The translations under genes were made by a program, and so were the position numbers. From Botryllus schlosseri (taxonomy: Eukaryota), in the NCBI GenBank assembly GCA_051294905.1, contig CM119382.1:3410001-3474000 (forward strand): a stretch of 64,000 bases of DNA. The letters are read 5' to 3'. Under the pieces are notes generated by a model. That model made no database searches, had not been told where the DNA came from, and saw only the letters and a list, made by a program, of their open reading frames with translations. Below are positions 10,701-21,100 of the stretch, one piece after another; within the stretch, counting starts at the first letter, position 1; every line of letters begins with the position of its first letter.

Positions 10701-13699
10701 GGTAACAAAGGTGATCGCGTTTGGGATATGAAACTAGAGCTGGGCACATCGACTCCAACGATCAAATCTGAACCCAGCAGGCCTACTCGTGATTGGGGTC
10801 TACTAGTAACGGATGATTTTTCAAGTCTTAAAATTACACGAATCTTGCCACTAGAACACAATTAATCCACGAGAATTGTAGTTTCGATATCATTTTTCAC
10901 TGTAGAAGGCTGTAAACCTTGTTGGGTCATATCACGGTGTACGAAACATGTAGTACACGTGTTAGTAGAAATGAAATGTCTGTAAGTCAATTTATTCTGT
11001 TCTGTTTACTTCATGAACAATGTACTGATGGCAATCAATGCATTATCGACAGACAATGGTAATGGTAACTCTACAATGTATGAAACCCGGGCGATAGAAC
11101 AGTCACGATCGAGTCAAAGTTATTCTGCGAATGTTTTCAAAACAATATCGCACATTCGGTATTCTTCCCCCACATTGCCGCACGGTAAGGCAGGAACGTG
11201 GTCTGCTGATGTGCGGAATCATGTGATTGAACAGTTTACGCCCAGCAACAGATCGCAAGCTGGCTAATTGACACGATTCTTACGAGTAGCCTATCCAATT
11301 CACTTCCTGAAGACGTTTGTCGCATATCGTCAATGTGCGATAAAACTAGTTTATGTGCAATTTAGAGCTGTTAATAAATAACGTAGAAGCGAAATTATTG
11401 GAGTGCAAAATTTTGGATTCGAAAAATGTAGTATTTATGGTGGAAAATTCTGTAATTATTTATTACAGATCCACCCACAGTAAACACTATTAGAAATCCT
11501 ACAGTTTAAACATGAATAACTTCGCTTCTACAGATTGGAATCGAGCCGAATTTGTCGTGCATCGTTTTTCGGACAACTCAACAATTTCATAGAGGGCACT
11601 GTATTTGAATTTTCCATATCATTCATACTAGTACGACGTGATACGTTTACGCGAGTATGCGACATATTGTGTTATACCCCAATAATCGATTCGGAATCAA
11701 ATGACCAGGTACTCGCTTTGCCCAACACTAATCTTAACACTTCAAGCGCAATATCCAAGCAAAAATGACTATGTCCACAATGAATAATGTGTAAGGATCA
11801 TAGGATTTGTAGAGCCTCAATGTATGAGCCGGAACACATCCTGAAAAGACAATAAGGGATGTCGTTACACCGGCGTAGTGTCGCGTTCATAATCGCAAAC
11901 TATGAAGGAATATCTGAAAAACAGAACATCGCCATCGCCGTGTTCTTCGACAGATCTCCGTCGCGACTGAAACGCTGCGTCTTGCAGGACCTCCGGTGGT
12001 TGTTGGGTATTAACAATGCACACAAACAAAAAAGATTTCGTGACTTGATGACGAGACAAGCTACAGGTTGTAATTACGCGTGGCATGATTCGGGCCAGAT
12101 CAGTATATGATAAAATGGTAATGCGGCTAACAACGATATCTACTACCATCGGAAAAGCTGCTTCGAAAAGGAGTATCTATACAATCTTAGATTGCATGGT
12201 CACCCTCAGACATTTTAAATAAGTTTTTATCGGAAGCAGCTTTATACTGGAATATTATATTCATATCGAAAGAATCCAGAATACTTTCAGCAACTAGTAT
12301 AGAATCGGAAATGTATTCAAATTATCAACATTACCACTGAAAAATATATTCATATCGAAATAAACATGATTATTCTCGGACGACACACGCCAGGGCTAAC
12401 TTTCAGCAACTAGTAGAGAATTGGAAAGAACATTGTAGATTTAATCAGAAGTAGTAAGTACAATGATTTACAAGGAAGTACAAAAGTAAGTATTCTAGGT
12501 CTAAAATAGAAGTACTAGTTGCTGACAACGTCTGGATTTAACCCGATTTGAATAAATATGAGGGTGGCCACACAATTTGATTGCCAGCATCTATCAAAGA
12601 TCGAGGGTATCGGGTATATTCATGTAATTTCAATACAGTTGGACCATTCCGTCAACCTCAACCGCTATCAAACTTACCATTTCTAATAACATCACTTTGC
12701 TGACTTCTTTCAAAACTATCCAGTACAACAATAAGAGGATATAAAGTATATTATGGGCGCATGCCCATGTCAAAGCTATAGGTAAAGGATCTCACCTTCG
12801 GCATACGCTACACAGACCAAAGCTTTGTCGATGAAAACCGTATTACTTAAATGTTGTCCCGTTTCCACTGGCGATTTGCTTTGGTATCTTACGAAAGCAA
12901 CCTTCGAGCTTACCGGGACCGTGTTTCTGTGTAAATAAATATTTCCATTCAATTATATCATACTGCACCACTCACCAATATACAAGCTAGACCTGTGTGG
13001 GCTCAGGCTATATTACTAAGTAAGTACATACAGTCATAACATTGCAGAAGAGTCTAGCAACAGCAAGATTGCATTTCTTTCAAAAGAAACGGCAAATAAA
13101 ACTATACTTAGTAGGCTTAATTTTCAACAGTACTCGAGTACTTCACCTTGCAAAAACATCAATAGAACCACTATAACACGGCAAATATCGAAAGGCAGCA
13201 TTGAATGAAGTCTTCAATATTTACTTTTTAGGTGCATACCTTTGACTATTGACGTTACTTGCAATTTGGGTTATCAGAAATTCCATATATGGATTGTTAT
13301 TTAATGTTCACATTTATTAAGACGTTTTACCGGTTCACAAGGTCCAAGCGGTAGGAACCGCTGAGCTATAGAAAACAGTAGGATGTATTAGTAGCAGGCC
13401 TAGTCAATGTCATTAATACTCAGAAAATGTGTTTCGAATTCAAATTTTGCATCATCAGATCAGATTAACACAAATTTGTGGTCTCGTGATCATGCTGATC
13501 GGTCAATATGCAAGCTATAATAGTTCATTCCAAAGGCAGAACATACCTTGCGTAAGATTGTCTAAATTACTTACGTCTTGGGGAAGACTTGCATCTCGTC
13601 TATGGTTCCGAGAAAGCCGAACAAAGTCTCGAGCTGATCCATCGTGACAGATGGCGATATATTCGTCACCTGCAGAACTTTTGAATCAGAGGCCGTCAT
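1790..13699 (-). CDS. SREK1: SREK1/SRSF11-family SR splicing factor (2 RRMs + RS domain), ~430 aa, 9 coding exons
   Basis: Exons (minus): 13575-13699, 12796-12926, 10294-10364, 9594-9671, 9352-9530, 7312-7451, 4078-4387, 3143-3254, 1790-1936. All introns are GT-AG with consistent phases (1293 nt). Translation includes VLQVTNISPSVTMDQLETLFGFLG, QHLSNTVFIDKALVCVAYAEG, VDPTKVEEIKRTIYVGNLDS, GEVRFVRMAGDETQPTRFAFVEFAD and KVNHSNNAIVKP...KEIEEAMRRVREAQSLIS, followed by an RS-repeat exon. These match recalled SREK1/SRSF11 motifs; may be the single invertebrate pro-ortholog of both. Confidence 0.93.
5310..5545 (+). repeat. ~230-bp block duplicated at ~11010-11240
   Basis: Shared GCATTATCGACAGACAATGGTAATGGTA and CCCCACAT.GCCGCACGGTAAGGCAGGAACGTGGTCTGCTGATGTG; same orientation. 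Confidence 0.85.
5611..6445. mobile_element. Tc1/mariner-type (pogo/Tigger-like) MITE
   Basis: Termini CCGTAATTTTCC...GGAAAATTACGG, each flanked by TA; subterminal GGTGCGTATTAT-CATGG repeats. Confidence 0.75.
6560..6930 (-). pseudogene. Relic of SPIN/Charlie (GTF2IRD2-like) hAT transposase N-terminus
   Basis: Minus frame ...HRYNLSRRYEKNHAVEY...; homologous copy at 58400-58640 (+) reads QQDLEHYIFVY*...HVSVY*EYNFSRRYEKNHA. Compare recalled consensus W...YFF...PVCLIC...VAVLKEYNLRRHYETKH. Confidence 0.6.
7574..8891. mobile_element. Non-autonomous hAT element nested in a TAGGG-family MITE
   Basis: TIRs CAGTGGCGTATCCAG / CTGGATACGCCCCTG; exact 8-bp TSD TATGTAAC (7566-7573 and 8892-8899). Host element spans 7518-8962. 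Confidence 0.9.
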
Positions 13700-13769
13700 T
13701 GCTGCACGTCTGCGAGTAAACCGCGCAACTGTACCAAATACCGACAGCGAAACTCGCAACTACCTGATC

Positions 13770-13940
13770 CGTAACTATATATAATTATATTTTATGATCG
13801 CGATTACAACCACGGCCCGAGAAACGGCGAGGGATATCTAGACTGCGCAGAACTGCGCATGCGCAAAATTACTTCGTGAGCTTTCTTCGGGAAAGAAAAA
13901 CGTCAAGTGGGTCCTTACCACTGAGTTATATAAATAGAAG
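13770..13940. promoter_or_regulatory. Bidirectional promoter of SREK1 / TTLL4 with NRF1 site
   Basis: Perfect palindrome TGCGCATGCGCA at 13854-13865 and a half-site TGCGCAG at 13844-13850, about 155 bp upstream of the SREK1 ATG. TATA-like tracts at 13776-13790 and 13927-13934 face outward. Confidence 0.6.
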
Positions 13941-14276
13941 ATCTGAAACTTATTTGATCGACTGGTTTCAAAATGAAATAGTTTTCGCTTACCGGTCCAC
14001 GAGAAATAGCAATGTTTAGTATTGAAAATTTATTTCAGCCCATTCACTATAGGAGCGTAGCAATTTACAACGTTTGTGGTCATATGTATGAAGATCTACG
14101 AAAATGTGACTGGCCCCTAAGCTGATGCGTCGGAACTTATGTTAGCCATCAACATCCCAAATTTCACGGTAAGGCTAATCAAACTTTTGGTTGGCCTTGG
14201 AAGTTCACAATTAATTACCTGGGCAATTATTTTTTTGATAATAGAACTATGCTGTTTCACAATTGGGGTCCGGCAT

Positions 14277-15575
14277 CAGGGCTTTGGAGCCGGAGCCGGA
14301 GCCCGGAGCCGGAGCCCCGGAGCCGTGCATTTTCACCGGAGCTGGAGCCGGAGCCGGAGCTCTACATAAAATTCAGCCGGAGCCGGAGCCGGAGCTGGAG
14401 CCCGTTATTTGAGGAGTAGCTCCGGCTCCGACCTATTTCATAAGATGCCATTATATATATGCAACAACCACATCTGCTGATTTCTCATAATTGAACAGCA
14501 GGCCTGAATTTTAATGCTGTGCACAGCAATGGCATGGAGTAAAGTGCGTTCTAGTGCAACTACGATGTTGTCGACGATTGACAAGTATGCAGTATAACGT
14601 CACAAACCGGCACGGTGGCACCTATATGTCTTCGTTGCTACATCGGATGTTACTGATGGCTGACAGACTCTAGATGACTATAGATAACTAACATATGGGT
14701 AGATTAGTGATCTATATAGACCAGGAATGGCCAACCTTTTCGGCTAAAGGGACACATGCAATTGACGAACGAGTGTGCGGTCCACTAGCTGCGCCAAGCG
14801 GGTAAAATTTCGTAAGTTTATTAATGAACTAGGTCAATAATAATATTACTTGAGTATTGCGGTCTATTGTATACCGCCCGCTAGGCTCAGTTTGCAAGGA
14901 CACGACTATTCGGCGTCTGGTCACATCGATATCGAAGGTATCCGATAATATGCGACAATCATGTTGCGCCTACATTTCACGTCGACGATCTTTATGCGAG
15001 CGCAAACGCGAAAAGACTTTCTCCCGTAATTGCGAATACAGTTAGACTGAATCGGGTTAATTAGGCGTTTTTTTTTTCATTTTCAGTAGGGGGTAGGCTA
15101 CCAAGCAAGAAAGCGTGCGACAATTAAACATGCGAAGCGTGAAGAAAAATTTCGCTACTATTTTAGTTTATTGTAATGTACGACGATTTACTGAAAATGT
15201 GACTGGACCCTGGTTCTGCCAATGCGTCGGAACTGATATTTTAGTCATCAACACCCCAAGGGTCGCAGCCAGAATTGTAATTTTTGGTTGGCATTGTAAG
15301 TTCACAATCTGAGCAATTCATTTTCGATAACATAATAGGAAATTACCTCGCGGGTCACGCAAAACCCTCTCGCGGGCCACATTTGACCCGCGGGTTGGGT
15401 ACCCCTGATATAGACATGACCATTCGACGATAATTTCAGAGCCGGAGCCGGAGCTGGAGCCGGAGCAGTGGTAATAATGCAGCTCCGGAGCTGGAGCCGG
15501 AGCTAATGTATGATAAAAGAGAGCTCCGGAGCCGGAGCCGGAGCAGTTTAAATTTACGGCTGCTCCAAAGCCCTG
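14277..15575. mobile_element. hAT MITE with GGAGCC tandem subterminal repeats
   Basis: TIR CAGGGCTTTGGAGC; exact TSD TCCGGCAT (14269-14276 and 15576-15583). Confidence 0.9.
14722..15407. mobile_element. hAT MITE nested in 14277-15575
   Basis: Termini CAGGAATGGCCAACC / GGTTGGGTACCCCTG; exact TSD ATATAGAC (14714-14721 and 15408-15415). Confidence 0.85.
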
Positions 15576-16279
15576 TCCGGCATACGTGATAGAGCAATCA
15601 TGCGTTTTCTAGTATTCCGTTCTGACATCATATTACAGTTGTTCTTCGTTGACGCGCATCTTCATCGCATAAATTGTTGTTTTGTGCTGTCTTCTGTTGC
15701 CTATGTCCCACCTCAAGTGTAGAACAGCATCTCGTCGGCTATCCGACAGTCGTCATGCATGTCCAATGTCCATTTGTCCAATGTGCATGTCCATTGTCCA
15801 TGTCTGAGGGCTATCAAAAAAAAAATTTTCCTGAATCTTGCTGACTAGGTGATTAAATCATTAGGTTGCCTTAAAAAATCACGCACACCAAATTTCAACT
15901 CATTCCAACCGGTAATTGCGGATTTCTTACAGTTTGAAAATTTTGAATTGAATAAAAAATGCCCGATTGTTTTTCAATTTTTTCTGTCAACCCCATGAAA
16001 TTGTTGAGCTGTATTCAAACACGACGCAAAACAAATTTGAATCAATTCCAACCCGTAGAAGCGGAGGTATTTGAGTTTTCGATGATAATTCATGGATTAT
16101 CCACCGATCAAGGATAATCCCAGAATTATCAAATAAAAACTATACAATCCACGATTACCGGTTGGAAATGAAATTTGGTGTGCGTCGTTTTTTAAGGCAA
16201 CCTAACGATTTAATCAACTAATCAGCAAGATTTACGAAAAAAAGTTTTTTTTTGAACAGCCCTTTATTGTCCAATGTCC

Positions 16280-16880
16280 AGTGTTCACATTCAAACCATT
16301 TCTACTTAGCCTAATGAATACTAGTCACGGCTATGTCCCCCGCCGTACTTGTCTGATCACACCATGCAGCATCAAACAGCAGGTACGCTCTATACAGTCT
16401 GGCTGTAAAAAATGGTAGTTTAAACAGGAAAAGAAAAAAGAAAAAGTAAACGATGGTAGCATAGATGATTAATGAAGCAATGCCTGGGCCAGATAGGACA
16501 TTAGTGTTAATATAACGACAAGAGGTAATGAGAAATATAAAAATATAACTCAACGATTATTATATAACTCAACGATTATTATTAAGCAGGTATTTTTTGA
16601 ATCTATTGCAAGGCAATTCACGGATATCTTGTGGTGATGCATTCCAGATTATAGGTCCTGAGTAGTCGATAGATATATTAGTTAGGTTGCTATTGGATGG
16701 GGGCAAGTAGATATTTCCATTTGATTTGATGAGGATGTCGTGTAATGGGAGTGGACATATTTAGCAGGTACGAAAAAGTCATCAAACATATGAGGCAAAC
16801 TATTGGAAAAATATTTTTGTATAACTTTTGATACTTCGATGCATAAAGTTTGTCAATACTTTCATATTAGAGCTTCACAA
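16280..16880 (-). mobile_element. 3' fragment of L2/CR1-group LINE (ORF2 C-terminus + 3' UTR), degenerate
   Basis: Frameshifted minus-strand translation: LPHMFDDFFVPAKYVHSHYT...IYLPPSNSNLTNISIDYSGPIIWNASPQDIRELPCNRFKKYLLNK*. This is the typical H-x-x-x-T...S-I-x-Y-x-G-P-x-x-W-N...F-K-K end of these ORF2s. Confidence 0.7.
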
Positions 16881-17519
16881 TTTCACTTTCAGAGTAGAAG
16901 CTCTCTGCGGGCCCGATCCGGCCCGCGGGCCGTATGCTGCCCGCCCCTGGCTTTGGCCTGGTGGGTAACTAATTTCAAGGACGATACTGTTGGCCCGCAA
17001 GGAGCAGACAGAGAGCTTATCCGGCCGGTTTTCCTTCCCGGAGAGTTGCTTGGTTACGAGCGTTGGCGTACTGTTTGGCGAATTGCGGGTATTTGAAACG
17101 ACATATATTACGTAGATTAGTGGTACAGTGCAGCAAGAATTTTTGAAATATGTTACTTTGAGATTTTAGTACAAATATGCTACGGAATGCAAAGCGATTA
17201 TAAAACCTGTAATGCTAACGATGGTCACGGTACCCTGCTAAGGCAACAGTCAGGCTGAAGCTGTTGTGCATTATTTAGATCAATCACCAAGGCAAAGGAA
17301 TGAAGGTGAATAAGAAATGAATGCACCAAAACTGAAGTGGTTCATCAAATATTCAAATATGGCCCCACGACCCCCTTCTGCGAGATAGCGGATAGTGTCC
17401 AGCTCCCAGCTGGGTTCGTGAGTTCACTTCCCTGCAGCGGCTGCAGGGTCCAACCAGAGACTTTGATGCCTTTTCATGGCAAAATGAATATATGCCGCTT
17501 CCCCAGTAGGCGCTCAGTA

Positions 17520-17705
17520 CGCCCAACCCTAAACATGCCCTAATGTCCCTAACACAACTCTAATATTCCTTTCGCAAACCCTAATGTCGCCAATCCCAAC
17601 CTTACCCTAATCAATGTCTCGAACCCCCCAACCGAGGCCCACCCTAATGTCCGTCACCCCAGCCTAACCCTAATCCCGAGAGCAACCTTACCCTGATGTC
17701 CCTAA
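17520..17705 (+). repeat. CCCTAA(T)-rich telomere-like degenerate repeat
   Basis: About 8 CCCTAA(T) motifs; related tracts at 28655-28680, 35495-35612 (TTAGGG strand) and 60595-61300. Confidence 0.7.
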
Positions 17706-18181
17706 TTTCTCGCGCTTACACCCAGCATGGCCACATGATATATGCATCCTCTGATCTCCGTACAATGATTGACACTTTGCTTCATAAAAATACCACCTAA
17801 TACATTTATAATAAGCATAGTTAATATATTTGTACTGCCGAGTTCACTGGCAACCGTTCAGAACACTAAAAAAACTAGTTGTAACATAATTTATGGAAAA
17901 ACAACTATTTTGTGATACGATTGTTGATATGCAATGTTCCTTCCAGTTGTTGGCGATTACCCCTGACAAGTTTCAGCCAAAAATATTCAGGTTTATTTCA
18001 GTATGAATATACTATTCAATTGCATATTGAAGTTCTGTACCTCCAAGAAGCTCTTCAATCAACTACCATATTCTTTTGTGTATAGAGTGTTAAAGAACTA
18101 TTTCTTGTGTGATGTAATGGTTTTGTTATAGTTCTACAATTGCATGCCACAGTTGAACGAAAATGCGGACTTTGCTGCAGT

Positions 18182-21100
18182 ATGATGCAAAATGAAATGA
18201 GAATTCCGCAACATGTCGGGATGTACGAATCGTCGCCTAACAAAGACAAGCCTTTCGGAACGTTAAGAATGAGCACGTGCGTCTCCAATCCTCGCGTGAA
18301 CTCCGGACATATTTCAAGGAGTCCTATCAAAAAGAATACAGATACGAAAACGGTGATGAGACCGACCGGATCGCCGTCTACAAAGAATAACTCAAACGGT
18401 GTTTCAGCCGGAAACGCAAATCTTGACGCTTTAGAACTTCTATCGCGAAAAGTCTCAGATAAGAGCGTTTTTCAAAGATTCCAAAGCGCCGACACTGCTT
18501 TTATGTTAGCTACGGGTGATATTTTCATGAAATCAAGTGACGTACTGCATAACGGGACATCTGATGTAAATGATCTGTCAAATTTGGCAAAATCTTACAC
18601 AACATCGGAGACAAGGTTGCATGATTCGTTGATAGGGTCACCGCAACGCGGCGTGAATTTATCTAACGTTTTGCAAGATATCGCAGTTACAAATGGGCTT
18701 CCGCGAGCGAAACAACTTGTCACCACCGAAATCAATGCTCTCGATTCTACAGACAAAGTTCAGTATCGCGGCACTCTTGTCCGAAATTACCCGTCCCAAA
18801 AGAGTAATTTTACACGGCCGCTTTTGTCGAGCCGCGAAGACGAACACACAAGTAAGGCGTATTTCCCGAGTCAAAGAACATCGCCGCCTTCAAAACAACC
18901 AGTCGCTTTCAAAAACAGATCGAAACTGATGTACCCTGATGATGCAGGGTACGGTAGATTTAAAGGATCTTTACGCAGGCCGCCTTCAAGAAACCGTAAC
19001 ACCACATCCGTTTTCGGCAAAACACAAACAAACGATCTACACGAACGCACCAGACCTGTGTTTGATAACCAAAGCGAAAATGACCACAAATCATCGATCG
19101 CTTCCAAGTCTAGTTCTAAATTAGTCGGTAACCCGATGTTGGGAGTGTCGAGAGCGATACAGCAATTGGCTCTCGCTGAAAAAAGGGCAGTCGATAATGA
19201 CCCGATGGTTAAAATGCGAGGGGCGGAAGTCACGGGCGTTTCGTATCAAAATATGTCTAAAAAGGAATCATTGGACAACTTCATCGCCCATGACAGACGA
19301 GCTGAGGACGTGTCGCAATATTATGGAGGGTGAGCGATGTTACGTTTCTATATTAGTGTGAATCTAAATACAGTTGAATCTGGTTAATTCGGACACCGGA
19401 TAACTCGGAGTCTCGGACGACTGCTTCATTTGGCTCGGAATGGAGGAAAAACTCGCGTTAATTTGAAGGAATATCCGCTAAATTCGGAGAAAGTTTAGCA
19501 ATTCCTGGCGTTGGGTTATGATGCGATATACAGTAGCCTAGGCTACTTTGCAAACTTGGACAACTAGAAAATTCTCAGCCGTAACGGTATCAGTTTAATA
19601 GTAGGCCTATATTCATAACGAAATGAACCCGAATATTTTCGGCTGACACTCGTCAGGGGTAATCTTCAACAACTAATAGAGAATAAGAAAGAACATTGTA
19701 TATCAACAATCGTATCACGAAATATGAGTTGTTCTTTCCAATTCTCTACTGGTTGCTGACGATTGCCCCTGACGAGTGTCAGCCGAAAATATTCGGGTTC
19801 ATTTCAATACGAATATACTATTCAATTGTGTATTGAAGTTCTGTACCTCTAAGAAGCTCTTCAGTATCAGTTTATTAATATTTTCATCATTTCAAAACAC
19901 TGCAAAACTGCGATACAATGAACAGATAGGAAGGTGTCGAAAATTTCCAAATTTCATTAGAGTTAGAATTATAGCTACACATTTTTTCCAAGTTAGTTTA
20001 GAATTAGAATTAAACTGAATTCGTGAAAATGTGGGCATTGCATGAACTTCAATTTCTATCAAATCTGAGGTTATCCTCATTAGTACAAGAATGACAAATG
20101 TCTGCGCGGCAAGCTTGGCTCTTTTTGCATTGTATAATTCACCTGTATAGCATTTACAGGAAATCCAGAAATTACATCAGAATTAAAATGAGACCTTAGA
20201 GACATTTCGTAAACTAGATTAGAATTAGAACGAAGGAACATTTCACAAATTAGATTACGGTATCAGCATTTCAGTGAAGTTATTCTAATCACACAAAACT
20301 AGAATTACCGTATCTAGTTGTCCAGGTCCGTTGCTTTGCTCGTTTCAACACAAGATGGGTGATTTGGGTGAAACAGCGCACATCCACGCAATAACAATGG
20401 AAATTCCACTCATCCAACGCCATGTTAGATTCATAGACACTCAACTTTGACTTTGGTATGATGGCATCCATCTTGTAGAACAAAATGGTAAGTTAAGCAG
20501 AATAAATCAAATTGTTGAGGTAAAAATGCTTCCTTGCCAATTACTGCAGTATAGCACATCTGCAATTCATTTATTGCACTAAAATACAGTCTTTTTAATG
20601 CGCTGCACACCAAATTTGGCTCAATTCCAACTAGTAGAAGTGAAGATATTAGAGCTTGGAAATTTCTAATTTATAGAAAAAATTTGAAAAATGTTTAAAA
20701 ATTATTTATTGGCTAACCCATGAAATTGGTAAGTTGTCTACACGAACTCTGCAAAGCAAATTTGACTCAATTCCAGTTTCCCATTAATAATACTTGGGCT
20801 ACCCACAGTAAATATATAGTCCTACTATTTTTTCAAATCCACGATTTTTAACCCCGATAACTTAGCTTCTAAACAATTCCATGGGGGTAGGCAGTAAAAT
20901 TAAAAAAAAACAAATTTATGATAAATTCAAAGTTTTACAACTCTGATAGCTTCATTTCTGCCAGTCGGAATTGAGTGTGATTTGGTGTGCAACGTTTTTT
21001 AACCAACCGAACGATTTTAGCTAATATCCGCGAAAATCTGAATAAAAAAGTTAATTTTGAACAACCCTACTGCTCACATATGATACCTCAATCTTCATAA

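Noticed and set aside
14857-15050. Possible hAT transposase fragment (IPLS..TI.RR-like), also at 53030-53220
   Set aside because: The two segments are homologous repeats, but protein similarity is too weak to call by eye.
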